Shown here in pieces: positions 9,935-19,885 of a stretch of DNA of 64,000 bases; position 1 is the first letter of the stretch; the number at the start of each line of letters is the position of its first letter. The notes under the pieces are model-generated. The model did not search any database. It saw only the letters and a program-made list of their open reading frames with translations, and was not told the DNA's origin. The position numbers and the translations under genes were made by a program. Origin of the DNA: an uncultured Nitrospiraceae bacterium (GTDB lineage Bacteria > Nitrospirota > Thermodesulfovibrionia > Thermodesulfovibrionales > UBA6898); assembly GCA_963811165.1 (NCBI GenBank), contig CAWEQH010000004.1:512001-576000 (forward strand), written 5' to 3'.

Positions 9935-10138
9935 ATATCTGTAATCGACTGAAGAAGTCGAAGAAGGGATAAGTCGTAATTACCTGGCTGATTCAGAAAT
10001 GGGTACAGGAGGATTAAACGTTTTTTGGTAATCGTTACCAGAGGAGGTTGACTTGCTTTATTGGGCTGCTGTAATAATCTCGGAATGGGTATCTAATAAG
10101 GAAAAGTCTTTTCAATAAGTTTGAAGGAGGTTAATCAA

Positions 10139-10900
10139 ATGAAAAGAAGAAGCGGAAATCTATTAATGTTCGCATTGGCCAGCCTGCTTGTTCTCTCTGC
10201 GTGCGGCGGAGGAGGAAACCCAACGGGTACACCTCCTGCAACACCCTCTGCTGCAGCCGGCATCTGGATAGGGACATTTACGTCAAATGTTACGCACATA
10301 ACATCCAGCGCTACCGGCCTTGTCGCAGATACTAACAGTGCGCGTTTCGGACTCCCGGACACGCTTGCTCAATACAGTGGGGTGCTAAACGTGAACAACA
10401 ATTCTTTCTCAACAACTGCAACTGCGTATGCCCCTCATGGTTCAACGCTGCCGGATGGAAGTCAAGTCGGCACGGTAACTATCTCCGGCACATTTACACC
10501 TAAAGGCACAATGAGCGGCACTTACAATGGAGCTGGGGATGCAGGGACATTCACATTGACATATAATGGCTCCCTCTATGAAAGACCGTCTTCATTGCCG
10601 GGAGTCGCGGGTATATGGAAAGGTAAAATATTGGATTTCACCAATCTCATCAAGATCGATGAAAATGGCGCAATAACGGGAGTCAACACCACGGGATGTT
10701 TTTACGGCGGGCATGTGAGCGTAATTGATCCCTCATTCGATATATACCTTGTACATCTCGATATAGACAACTGTGGCAGTGATAACGGTAGCTATGACGG
10801 TTTGGGAGCCCTGAGTGATGCGAGCTCAACGAACGATACCTTTATAACTATTGTCTCCAGCCCCACTCTTTCACTCGTTGCTTCCCTGAGTAAGCAATGA
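10139..10900 (+). CDS. Hypothetical beta-rich lipoprotein
   Basis: Lipobox LSA-CGGGG; Thr/Gly/Ser-rich with two 'AGIW' half-domains; AAGGAGG RBS before ATG 10139. Confidence 0.8.
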   Translation: MKRRSGNLLMFALASLLVLSACGGGGNPTGTPPATPSAAAGIWIGTFTSNVTHITSSATGLVADTNSARFGLPDTLAQYSGVLNVNNNSFSTTATAYAPHGSTLPDGSQVGTVTISGTFTPKGTMSGTYNGAGDAGTFTLTYNGSLYERPSSLPGVAGIWKGKILDFTNLIKIDENGAITGVNTTGCFYGGHVSVIDPSFDIYLVHLDIDNCGSDNGSYDGLGALSDASSTNDTFITIVSSPTLSLVASLSKQ

Positions 10901-10938
10901 GCAAGGGGAGGATAAATTATCAGAATGAATCATACCCA

Positions 10939-11100
10939 TGTAAATCGGCATGCAAATTTGATCCACCATTGGCACCCAATTTTGACCTGCGGACATCAAC
11001 TATTTGATTTAATAATAGCGGGTTGCTGTCATAAAGACCGGGTCATGCTTAACGCTGATTAGGCTAACAATTGGGTCAATTCAGCATGTCGGTAAAAACT
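10939..11100. mobile_element. Degenerate miniature element with IS21-like ends
   Basis: Left end TGTAAATCGGCATGCAAATTTGATCCA with internal repeat TTGGCACCCAATTTTGACC; right end has two inverted GGGTCA... copies; no ORF. Confidence 0.5.
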
Positions 11101-11332
11101 GAAACTCCTATTAAGTTGTTTATTCCAATAATGAGGATTTCCATTTGAAGCAGAAACAGTCTCTATCCCGAGTTAACCGCCGATAAAATGCGATTTGGTA
11201 CGGAAATAGTCTATTTCTCGCTAATTCTATCTATAAGGTGATGATTTAGGTCACTTAGCCGCAAGTAGCTTTGTGACACACTGATTGATCCTGCGATATT
11301 ATGAAGTGAAGGATCAATTGAGGAGGTGCGAA

Positions 11333-11710
11333 ATGAAAGCTACGATGGAAGCTACAATCGCCCACATGGAAATCCCGGCAGATGACATAGAGCGTGCCAG
11401 AAAATTTTATGCAGATCTCTTTGGGTGGGAATTCAAGGAGTTCGGTGAAAGCGGCTATTGGCTCTTTTCTATGGAGAGAGGCACGAAACCGATGGGAGGC
11501 GGGATGATGAAGCGGATGAGGCCGGAACAGCCGATCATCAATTACTTCGATATACCGTCCATAGACGAATACTCGGAAAAAGTGAGATCCCTTGGGGGAA
11601 AAATAGTTGCGGAAAAAACAGCAGTGCCCGAAATGGGTTATTTCTGCGTCTGCAGCGATACAGAGGGAAACGCGTTCGGACTATGGGAAGGTAACGAGAA
11701 TGCAAAATAG
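11333..11710 (+). CDS. VOC family (glyoxalase/bleomycin resistance) protein
   Basis: HMEIPADDIERARKFYADLFGW, GGGMM, LGGK, DTEGNAFGLWE; AGGAGG RBS. Confidence 0.92.
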   Translation: MKATMEATIAHMEIPADDIERARKFYADLFGWEFKEFGESGYWLFSMERGTKPMGGGMMKRMRPEQPIINYFDIPSIDEYSEKVRSLGGKIVAEKTAVPEMGYFCVCSDTEGNAFGLWEGNENAK

Positions 11711-11768
11711 CATAAGGCGGGGCCTCGTCCCGCTGACTGGTGGAATTTGTCTCAGAAGGAGGCAAATC

Positions 11769-11957
11769 GTGAGAAAGGTAAAGTTTTCCTTACCAGAAAT
11801 AGGGGTTATGGCCCCGACACGCGGAATGCTCGGGGCGGGTGCCGGGTTATTATTAGCCGACAAGGTTCGGAAACAGAGAAGGGGATTAGGATGGACTCTA
11901 CTCGGTATCGGCATTCTTACAACTATTCCGTTTGTAAGAAAGGTCATAAAGAACTAA
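11769..11957 (+). CDS. Small membrane protein (62 aa)
   Basis: GTG after AAGGAGG; LPEIGVMAPTRGMLGAGAGLLLAD...GWTLLGIGILTTIP. Confidence 0.7.
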   Translation: MRKVKFSLPEIGVMAPTRGMLGAGAGLLLADKVRKQRRGLGWTLLGIGILTTIPFVRKVIKN

Positions 11958-12228
11958 AAAGGTTTGAATAAAGAATGTTTGAAGGAGGAGTTCATGACGA
12001 GAACGGTAATGGGCATGGGGGGAGTGCTTTGTTTTTTTGAGTTTTTCGGAGAGCGGGTCTGTCATAGACCTTAATAGAGGAATTGAAATAGGTTGACCGG
12101 CCGGCGTGCGGAAAAAATGCGTGAGGTCTTTTTCTTTTCAGGGACAATAGATTTTTCGACTGCTTCCTGTAATCCTGTTTTTCTTAAACTTGTTATCGGA
12201 TTTCCGGGACAATGGCAAGACACTACAG

Positions 12229-12268
12229 AAAAAAAAAGGCGGGATTTTTCCCGCCCTTCAAAAAAAAA
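12229..12268. terminator. Intrinsic terminator downstream of ihfB
   Basis: A-run, GGCGGGA-tttt-TCCCGCC stem, A-run; between convergent units; U-tract reads on the minus strand. Confidence 0.75.
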
Positions 12269-12280
12269 TGAAATGATTTC

Positions 12281-12592
12281 TTATTGGGTGGCGGGCTGGC
12301 CGCCGGCCGCCTCTTCTTTGTTGAGGGTCTCTTTAAGGGCCTTGCCGACCTTAAAGTAGAGGACCTTCTTGCCCGGCACCTCGACGCTCTCGCCGGTCTT
12401 GGGGTTCCTCGCCTTCCTGGGGTTTCTCGTTTTCAGCCTGAAGTTCCCAAAGCCCCTTATCTCTATCTTCTCACCTTGCATAAGGGCCTTCTTGATGCTG
12501 TCGAATACGGTGTCGACCACGATCTCCGTCTGGTTTCTCGTGAGCCCCTCGACTTTTTCCGAGACCTTCTCGATAAGAACCGATTTTGTCAT
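12281..12592 (-). CDS. ihfB: Integration host factor subunit beta / HU family
   Basis: MTKSVLIE, IEIRGFGNF, ARNPKTGE, FKVGK; downstream of rpsA-sppA. Confidence 0.92.
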   Translation of the reverse strand: MTKSVLIEKVSEKVEGLTRNQTEIVVDTVFDSIKKALMQGEKIEIRGFGNFRLKTRNPRKARNPKTGESVEVPGKKVLYFKVGKALKETLNKEEAAGGQPATQ

Positions 12593-12601
12593 AAGACCTC
12601 C

Positions 12602-13450
12602 TTAGGGCGAATAAAGATATTTTATCTTTGCCGACGGAAACACATCCAGGATTTCCTTCGGGAAATTGCTCCTGAGCATATCGATAAGAGAGACCTTGTC
12701 CTTCTTTATGACGACCTCGGGTTCCTCTTTTATGCCGCCGAGTTTTGCGGCCACCTTCGTCGCGTCCTCAAGCGTACCGAGTTCGTTGACGAGGCCCTTC
12801 TCGACCGCCTGTTCGCCTGTAAATATCCTGCCGTCGGCGATCTCCCTTACGTCCTCTATCTTCAGTTTTCTCCCCTCGGCCACTGCTCTTATGAACTGCT
12901 CATGGACGTTGTCCATGACACCCTGCAGCAGTTCTCTCTCCTCAGGTTTCATCGAGCGGAAGGCGGAACCTATGTCTTTGTTCTTTCCGGCCTTTATCAC
13001 CTCGGTCTTGACCCCGATCTTTGTGAGGAGGCCCTCGATGTTGGGTATTTCCATGATGACGCCTATCGAGCCGGTAAGCGTCCCCGGATTCGCGATTATC
13101 CTTGTCGCGGGGCAGGCGATATAGTAGCCTCCCGAAGCCGCGATCGACCCCATCGAGACGACTACCGCTTTCTTGGCGGCCGCCTTCTTTACCTCCGAAT
13201 AGATCTCCTGCGAGGGCGCTACCGCCCCGCCCGGACTATCGATCCTGAGGATGATCGCCTTGATCGAACTGTCTTTCCCGTATCCCTTGATCTCCTCAAC
13301 GGCGTTCTTCGAATCGAGTATGGGGCCCTCTATCCTGACAAGGGCGACCTTGTTCCTAAGAGGGATATTCTTCTGAACCAGCGTGAGCGTGAGGCTGATC
13401 GCGATGAGGATAAGCACAAGTGCGCCGATGATAAGGCAGAGTTTCTTCAT
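12602..13450 (-). CDS. sppA: Signal peptide peptidase SppA, 36K type
   Basis: RIDSPGG, AASGGYY, TGSIGVI, ADGRIFTG. Confidence 0.95.
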   Translation of the reverse strand: MKKLCLIIGALVLILIAISLTLTLVQKNIPLRNKVALVRIEGPILDSKNAVEEIKGYGKDSSIKAIILRIDSPGGAVAPSQEIYSEVKKAAAKKAVVVSMGSIAASGGYYIACPATRIIANPGTLTGSIGVIMEIPNIEGLLTKIGVKTEVIKAGKNKDIGSAFRSMKPEERELLQGVMDNVHEQFIRAVAEGRKLKIEDVREIADGRIFTGEQAVEKGLVNELGTLEDATKVAAKLGGIKEEPEVVIKKDKVSLIDMLRSNFPKEILDVFPSAKIKYLYSP

Positions 13451-15024
13451 TCATCCGTCCTTTTGATGTTCTTCATGCTAAGGCCGATCTTTCTCTCCTC
13501 CAGATCGATCTTAATGATCCGCGCCGCGACCGGCTCCCCTTCTTTGGGCTGCTCCTCTGCACCTTCGGACGGTACGACCTCCGATGAATAAATGAGGCCT
13601 TCGACCCCGCCTTCAAGCTCTATGAAAATACCGAAGTCGGTGACCCTCAGTACCTGGCCTTTCACCACATCGCCAAGTTTGAACGTGGAGGGGATCGCCT
13701 CTATCCACGGGTCCTGTTCGACCTGTTTGAGCCCCAGCGACATCTTCTCGTGCTCTGTGTCGATCGCAAGTATCACGGCGTCGACCTTCTGCCCTTTCTT
13801 AAGAATCTCGGAGGGGTGTTTGACATGCTTTGTCCATGAAAGGTCCGATATGTGGACGAGGCCGTCCACTCCCTCCGGCAGTCCGATGAAGGCCCCGAAA
13901 TCAGTCAGGCTCTTCACTTTGCCTGAGATCTTTTGCCCTGCCGCATAGCGTTCACTGATGAGCTGCCAGGGACTCGGTTTGCAATGCTTGATGCTCAGCG
14001 AGAGCTTTCTCTCCGCCCTGTCTACCTTCAGCACAACGGCCTCGACCGTCTCGCCGATGGAGAGGTACTTAGAGGGATGTTTTGGCTTTGGTGTCCAGTC
14101 TATCTCGGAGATATGGATGAGGCCCTCGAGCCCTCCTTCGAGTTCGATGAATGCACCGTAATCGGTAATGCTCACGATCTTGCCTTTGATCTTCTGGCCG
14201 GCGGGGTATTTTTCCTCGACATTTGCCCAGGGGTCATTCTGCTTCTGTTTATACCCGAGGGTTATCCTCTCGCTGGTTTCGTCGTATTTGAGGACGACCA
14301 CCTCTATCTTATCGCCGATGGCGAAAAATTCCGAGGGGTGCGTGATCCTTCCCCAGGAGATGTCCGATATATGCAGGAGGCCGTCTATGCCCCCGAGGTC
14401 CACAAATACGCCGTAGTCGGTAATGTTTTTGACGAAACCTTCCAAGACGGCGCCTTCCTTTATCTTGCCTATGGTCTCGCCTTTTTTCTTGACCCTTTCC
14501 TCTTCCAGAAGCGCCCTTCGCGACACGATAACGTTCGATCTCTTGTTGTTGATCTTCAGTATCTTAAAGAGCATCTTTTGTCTCAGCAGGGCGTCGGCGT
14601 CCTTCGTCACCTTAATATCAATCTGCGATCCCGGAAGAAATGCCTTGACCCCGCCTATGTCCACGGTAAGTCCGCCTTTCGTCTTTTCCGTGATCACGCC
14701 CTCTACCGGAGTGCCGTCCTGGGCGGCCTTCTCCAGGACATCCCAGATCTTCATCTTTGAAGCGCGGTCTTTCGAAAGGCTGATGGAGCCTTCGGAGTCC
14801 CTCATGGTTATGACGTAGACCTCTATCTTGTCTCCGGGCTTCATGGAACGCAGTTCTTCCTCGCTAAATTCTTCGATGCGAATGACCCCCTCCGTCTTAT
14901 AGCCGATGTCGACGATGACAACGTCTGGCTTGATGGCAACTATCTTTCCGGAGCGTATTCCTCCTTCTTCGATTCTCTGGAAAGTCTCGGCATAAAGCCG
15001 CTCCATCTCGTTGTTAGTTTCCAT
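13447..15024 (-). CDS. rpsA: 30S ribosomal protein S1
   Basis: Repeated S1 domains (FLPGSQID, DYGVFVDLGGIDGLLHISD). True start METNNE at 15024, overlapping the ispH stop. Confidence 0.96.
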   Translation of the reverse strand: METNNEMERLYAETFQRIEEGGIRSGKIVAIKPDVVIVDIGYKTEGVIRIEEFSEEELRSMKPGDKIEVYVITMRDSEGSISLSKDRASKMKIWDVLEKAAQDGTPVEGVITEKTKGGLTVDIGGVKAFLPGSQIDIKVTKDADALLRQKMLFKILKINNKRSNVIVSRRALLEEERVKKKGETIGKIKEGAVLEGFVKNITDYGVFVDLGGIDGLLHISDISWGRITHPSEFFAIGDKIEVVVLKYDETSERITLGYKQKQNDPWANVEEKYPAGQKIKGKIVSITDYGAFIELEGGLEGLIHISEIDWTPKPKHPSKYLSIGETVEAVVLKVDRAERKLSLSIKHCKPSPWQLISERYAAGQKISGKVKSLTDFGAFIGLPEGVDGLVHISDLSWTKHVKHPSEILKKGQKVDAVILAIDTEHEKMSLGLKQVEQDPWIEAIPSTFKLGDVVKGQVLRVTDFGIFIELEGGVEGLIYSSEVVPSEGAEEQPKEGEPVAARIIKIDLEERKIGLSMKNIKRTDE

Positions 15025-15911
15025 TACGGCGTTCCCCCTATATCTCTCAATCTTTTTTCTACTTCCGTGATAATCCAATCCGGCGTGGATGCGCCTGCGG
15101 TGACACCCACCATTGTTGCGCCGAGAAACCATTCGTCCTCGATCTCCGAGGCGGTCTCAACGTGGTAGGTCGTTACGTTCAAACCCTTGCAAAGGTTTGC
15201 GAGCTGAGTGGTATTGGCGCTGTTTTTGCCCCCCACAACCAGCATCACATCCACCTTATGAGACATATTTTCCGTCTCCTTCAGCCTAAGCGCAGTGGAA
15301 TTGCATATTGTATTATAAACCTTTACCTCCTTCGCAAGCTCGACAACCTTCGAAAGGACTTTTTTCAGCGCCTCTATCGGCTGCGTCGTCTGGACGATAA
15401 TTCCCACTTTCGACCTGAGCCCCTTAAGCGGGGTATGTCCGTCGACTACGATGACGTCCTTACCCGCATAACTCATGAGGCCCTTCACCTCCGGATGGTT
15501 GATGTCGCCCAGTATGACCACCTGGTAGCCGTTTTCCTTAAGAAGTTTAGCATAATGCTGCGCCTTTTTCACGAATGGGCAGGTGGCGTCTATTATCCTG
15601 AAGCCGCGCGTCGCTATATTATCATAGAGTTGATTTGGTATTCCATGTGTCCTTATGATAAGCGCCTTTATCTTCTTGTCGCCGAATTCCTCCGGACCTA
15701 TAGGGGAGATTCCTTTTTCCCTGAGCCTCTCTATCACCTGGGGGTTATGGATGATGGGGCCTAAGGTAAAGACGCCCTTCTTGTTCTGTTTGGCGATATC
15801 GAAGGTGATCTCTATCGCCCTCTTTACGCCAAAACAAAAACCTGCCCGCTTCGCCGTAATCGTCTTAAACTCCGGCGTCCCGCTTTTTTTTGTCTGTTTT
15901 TTCATTGCCAT
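15024..15911 (-). CDS. ispH: 4-hydroxy-3-methylbut-2-enyl diphosphate reductase
   Basis: AGFCFGVKRA, IIHN, DATCPFV, QTT, TICNST, TAGASTP. Confidence 0.96.
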   Translation of the reverse strand: MAMKKQTKKSGTPEFKTITAKRAGFCFGVKRAIEITFDIAKQNKKGVFTLGPIIHNPQVIERLREKGISPIGPEEFGDKKIKALIIRTHGIPNQLYDNIATRGFRIIDATCPFVKKAQHYAKLLKENGYQVVILGDINHPEVKGLMSYAGKDVIVVDGHTPLKGLRSKVGIIVQTTQPIEALKKVLSKVVELAKEVKVYNTICNSTALRLKETENMSHKVDVMLVVGGKNSANTTQLANLCKGLNVTTYHVETASEIEDEWFLGATMVGVTAGASTPDWIITEVEKRLRDIGGTP

Positions 15912-15930
15912 TTCTATTGTAACCTACTTT

Positions 15931-16611
15931 TCACTGTCTTGGCCCCGACTTCTTCCCCATGCTCTCCCCGACAAGTCCGGCAATCCTCCGCAGCACCTCT
16001 TCTTTCGTAAGCCCCGTTGAGTCGACGTAACAGGCGTCCTCCGCTTTCCTCAGAGGAGCAAGCTCCCTGCCCGAGTCCCTGGCGTCACGTTCGGTTATTT
16101 CCGAGCGTATGCGCCGTTCATCGACGTCAAACCCTTTTTCGATGAGCTCGGCTGTGCGCCTCCTCGTACGTTCTTCCACCGAGGCGTCGAGATAGACTTT
16201 TTTGAAGGCCCCAGGGAAGACGACTGTAGTCATGTCCCGTCCTTCAGCCACCAGGTCTGCCTTCGAAGAGGCATCCCTTTGGGTCTTCAGAAGATATGCG
16301 CGTACAGGCTGCCGTGCGGAAAACACGGAGGCGTAATGGCCCGCGCGGGGAGACCGGATCTCTTCCGACACGTCCCGGCCGTTGAGGAGCACCCTTCCTT
16401 TTTCGAATTCGACCTTCGTTTTTCCGAGTGCGGCAGATATGTCGTTGTCCGACGCCTTTTCGTCGAGGCCGAGCCTTACCAGATTCAGGGCAACCGCCCT
16501 GTAAAGGGCCCCGGTGTCGAGGTATTCGAACCCGAGCTCTTCCGCCAGAAGCCTGGCGATAGTACTTTTGCCTGCCCCCGAAGGACCGTCTATTGCGATC
16601 ACCTTTTTCAT
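15931..16611 (-). CDS. cmk: Cytidylate kinase
   Basis: AIDGPSGAGKST, YLDTGALYR, AEGRD, RDARDSGR. Confidence 0.96.
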   Translation of the reverse strand: MKKVIAIDGPSGAGKSTIARLLAEELGFEYLDTGALYRAVALNLVRLGLDEKASDNDISAALGKTKVEFEKGRVLLNGRDVSEEIRSPRAGHYASVFSARQPVRAYLLKTQRDASSKADLVAEGRDMTTVVFPGAFKKVYLDASVEERTRRRTAELIEKGFDVDERRIRSEITERDARDSGRELAPLRKAEDACYVDSTGLTKEEVLRRIAGLVGESMGKKSGPRQ

Positions 16612-17897
16612 GAGGAAAGTTCCTTCATGGAGTCGAAAAATGTGGGGAAGGAAATATCGACGGCGGAGGACCCGTATATCGTAGTCGTTCCCTCCGCAGC
16701 CAGTGCGGCAACCGCCATCGCCATGGCTATCCTGTGGTCACCGTGGCTTTCGACCTCTGCGCCTTTCATCCCTTCGGTCCCGTTGATCCCGATCCCGTCG
16801 GGGTATTCTTCGACCCTCACTCCCATTTTGCCCAACTCCGATGCCATCGCCCTTATCCTGTCGGATTCCTTCACCCGAAGTTCGGAGGCGCCCCGAATGG
16901 TGGTGAAGCCCTCAGCCGCTGCAGCCGCCACGCAGAGCACGGGGAATTCATCTATCAATGAGGGTATGATTTCTTCGGTAAGATGGGCCGCTTTCAGGGC
17001 CGCCTTCCCGCCGCAATGTATGTCGGCGACAGGCTCCCCCGAAATTGTGCGGGGGTTAATGATCTCGATCTTTGCGCCCATTAACGTAAGGGCCTCCAAA
17101 AGACCCGTCCTCGTTGGGTTTATCCCGACATTCCTCAGGACGATTTCGGACCCCGGCACTAAAAGCGCGGCGACGATGAAAAATGCAGCCGAGGAAAAAT
17201 CACCCGGCACTTCTGTTTCCATGGGAGAGAGTTCCCCGCCCCCCTTTACCGTGACCCTGAGTCCTTCCACGCGCACGTCCGCGCCGAACGCAGGAAGCAT
17301 CCTTTCGGTGTGGTCCCGCGATTTCGTCGGTTCCGTTATCTCGGAGGCTCCTTCACAGTAAAGGCCCGCAAGCAAAAGTGAGGACTTCACCTGTGCGCTC
17401 GCAACCGGCATCGTGTAACGAAGCGGCCTCAGCTTGGCCCCTTTAATGGCGACAGGGGGATACCGGTTGCCCGACCGGGCCATGATCTCTGCGCCCATTT
17501 GGCTCAGAGGTCCGATCACGCGGCCCATGGGTCTTGTCCTTAAGGAGTCGTCACCCGTGAGTACCGAAAAAAAAGGACTGCCGGAAAGTACGCCGCTTAA
17601 GAGCCTGATGGTGGTCCCGGAATTGCCGCAGTCTACGACGCCCGCGGGCTCGGACAGCCCGTAGAGTCCTTTACCGTAAATCGTAAGCGTGTCTCCTTCA
17701 TCCCTGATCTCAATGCCTAAGGCGCGGAAGGCGTTCATGGTGCTTTCGGTGTCTTTTGCACGAAGAAAATTCTTTACGATGCCTTTGCCCTTTGCAAGGG
17801 AAGAAAGGATGACGGCCCTATGGGATATCGACTTGTCCGGGGGAGGGGTGAACTCTCCTTTAAACGTCTTTGCCGGACTTATCTCAATCTTTTCCAA
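16608..17897 (-). CDS. aroA: EPSP synthase
   Basis: DKSISHR, GNSGTTIRL, ASAQVKS, RDHTERML, LRVKESDRI, DHRIAM. Confidence 0.97.
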   Translation of the reverse strand: MEKIEISPAKTFKGEFTPPPDKSISHRAVILSSLAKGKGIVKNFLRAKDTESTMNAFRALGIEIRDEGDTLTIYGKGLYGLSEPAGVVDCGNSGTTIRLLSGVLSGSPFFSVLTGDDSLRTRPMGRVIGPLSQMGAEIMARSGNRYPPVAIKGAKLRPLRYTMPVASAQVKSSLLLAGLYCEGASEITEPTKSRDHTERMLPAFGADVRVEGLRVTVKGGGELSPMETEVPGDFSSAAFFIVAALLVPGSEIVLRNVGINPTRTGLLEALTLMGAKIEIINPRTISGEPVADIHCGGKAALKAAHLTEEIIPSLIDEFPVLCVAAAAAEGFTTIRGASELRVKESDRIRAMASELGKMGVRVEEYPDGIGINGTEGMKGAEVESHGDHRIAMAMAVAALAAEGTTTIYGSSAVDISFPTFFDSMKELSS

Positions 17898-18738
17898 TGC
17901 CGTCCCTCAGCTTCCGGGCCTTATCGAACTCCTTCTCGATCGAGACGGAATCAGAGGCCGTAAGATAACGACTGAACAGTTCAAGGTTTTTCTGAAAAAG
18001 AGAAAGCATCCCGATCAGGTTCTCCCTGTTAAGAAGGCAGATGTCCCTCCACATCTCAGGAGAGCTCGAGGCAATACGCGTTGTGTCTTTAAACCCCTGC
18101 CCGCTATACCCGAGGTAAGAGGCGTCGATGTCGCAGACAGTATTCATCAGCATGTAGGCTATCACATGAGGGAGATGGCTGACCGCCCCGTAAATGCGGT
18201 CATGGGTTTCAGGGTCCATCGTGATCACCTTCGAGCCGAGGGATTCCCAGATCTCAGACACTACCCCTAGCGCTCCGGTATCGGACTTCTCGGTCGGCGT
18301 TACGACGCATACCGCGTTTCTGAAGAGTCCGGCATTCGATGAATCGATGCCCGATCGGTCGCTCCCTGCAATGGGATGGCCGCCGATATAACGCACATGG
18401 GACGGAATGAGACCCTCGATCTCGCGGACAAGCCTTCCCTTTACGCTTCCTGCATCGGTAAGTATTGCGTCCTTTCTGAAAGATGACGCACACCTTCTTA
18501 CCAGTTCCGGAAAAATCCCTACAGGGGTAGACAACAAAATAAGATCGGAACCGGCGCAGGCGACCGCGGGGTCGAGGTCGTAAGAGTCGATTATGCCCAG
18601 CCCGCTTGCCTTCCTTAAGTTATTCTCGTTTCTGCCGGAACCGGAGATATGCCCGCAGAGGCCTTCTTTCCTCATGGCAAGCGCAAAGGACGCACCGATG
18701 AGGCCGACCCCGAGGACTGTTATTTTATCGAACTTCAA
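17884..18738 (-). CDS. tyrA: Prephenate/arogenate dehydrogenase
   Basis: GVGLIGAS, DAGSVK, GGHPIAG, HD...SHLPH, GFKDTTRIA. Confidence 0.93.
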   Translation of the reverse strand: MKFDKITVLGVGLIGASFALAMRKEGLCGHISGSGRNENNLRKASGLGIIDSYDLDPAVACAGSDLILLSTPVGIFPELVRRCASSFRKDAILTDAGSVKGRLVREIEGLIPSHVRYIGGHPIAGSDRSGIDSSNAGLFRNAVCVVTPTEKSDTGALGVVSEIWESLGSKVITMDPETHDRIYGAVSHLPHVIAYMLMNTVCDIDASYLGYSGQGFKDTTRIASSSPEMWRDICLLNRENLIGMLSLFQKNLELFSRYLTASDSVSIEKEFDKARKLRDGIGKD

Positions 18739-18741
18739 GGT

Positions 18742-19767
18742 CTAGAGCTCCCTTCCCACAGCCTGGGCTATGGGCCTGAGCTCTTTCATTAATTTCTCGA
18801 AATGATCGGGTTTGAGGGACTGCTCGCCGTCGGACATCGCCTCTTCAGGATTTGTGTGGACCTCTATAATCAGCGCGTCCGCTCCGGCCGCGACAGCCGC
18901 CTTCGCCATCGGCGCAACAAGTTCCCTCTTCCCCACGCCGTGGCTGGGGTCGACGACTACCGGCAGGTGGGTGAGCTGTTTGAGGACCGGGACAGCGCTC
19001 AGGTCCAGGGTGTTTCTCGTTGCAGTCTCGAAGGTGCGGATGCCCCTTTCGCAAAGCATCACCTGGTGGTTTCCGCGGGACATGATATACTCCGCCGACA
19101 TAAGCCATTCCTTTATCGTCGAGGAGAGCCCCCGTTTGAGCAAGACCGGCTTTTGGGCGGACCCGACCTCAAGGAGGAGCCTGAAGTTCTGCATGTTCCT
19201 CGCGCCGATCTGGATGATGTCGGCATACTTGACGATCGCATCGAGGTCCCTGGGGTCCATGATCTCGGTCACCACAGGCAGGCCTGTCCTTTCCCTGGCC
19301 TCTGCAAGATATTTCAGTCCTTCCTCGCCAAGGCCCTGGAAAGAGTACGGAGATGTCCTGGGCTTATAGGCCCCGCCCCTTAGGAACGCTGCGCCGCCTG
19401 CCTTCACCTTTTCGGCGATAGCCAGAAGGACGGTCTTGTTCTCTACCGCGCACGGACCCGCCATGACCGGTATTCTTTTACCTCCTATAATAGTGCCTCT
19501 GATGTCTATCTCGGTGTTTTCCTTCTTGAATTCACGGCTCGCCAGCTTATAGGGTTTCAGTATCCTCAAGACGTTTTCAACGCCCGAGGCGGCCCGAAAG
19601 GCATCTTCTTCTTCCTCAGTGACCTTCGAGGTGTCACCTATGACGCCGATGATCGTCCTTTCTGTGCCGGCCGAGATGTGCGCCCTGAGCCCCCGGCCCT
19701 CCAGTTTTTTTACGACGTGCCTTATGTCCTCTTCTGTGGCGTCCCGACTCAACACAATGATGTCCAA
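18742..19767 (-). CDS. aroF: DAHP synthase class I-beta with N-terminal regulatory domain
   Basis: [37 protein letters not shown]. Confidence 0.95.
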   Translation of the reverse strand: MDIIVLSRDATEEDIRHVVKKLEGRGLRAHISAGTERTIIGVIGDTSKVTEEEEDAFRAASGVENVLRILKPYKLASREFKKENTEIDIRGTIIGGKRIPVMAGPCAVENKTVLLAIAEKVKAGGAAFLRGGAYKPRTSPYSFQGLGEEGLKYLAEARERTGLPVVTEIMDPRDLDAIVKYADIIQIGARNMQNFRLLLEVGSAQKPVLLKRGLSSTIKEWLMSAEYIMSRGNHQVMLCERGIRTFETATRNTLDLSAVPVLKQLTHLPVVVDPSHGVGKRELVAPMAKAAVAAGADALIIEVHTNPEEAMSDGEQSLKPDHFEKLMKELRPIAQAVGREL

Positions 19768-19783
19768 CTGTTTCCTCCTTGTA

Positions 19784-19885
19784 AGTGTCAGTGACTAGTG
19801 TCAGTGTCAGCGGGCAGTGTCAGTTTATGAATAAAATCGTTTGAGTCCTTTGGGTCCTTGCCGGCACACTGACACTAGACACTGA
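19784..19885. repeat. Inverted arrays of AGTGTC hexamers
   Basis: About 4-5 AGTGTC(AG) units at 19784-19824 and complementary GACACT units at 19865-19885. Confidence 0.6.

Noticed and set aside
15025..15132. N-terminal extension of rpsA in the ORF track
   Set aside because: Overlaps the ispH 3' end; METNNE start at 15024 fits better. Similar over-extended starts were trimmed for hisC, paaK, marC, DUF1566 and the cytochromes.
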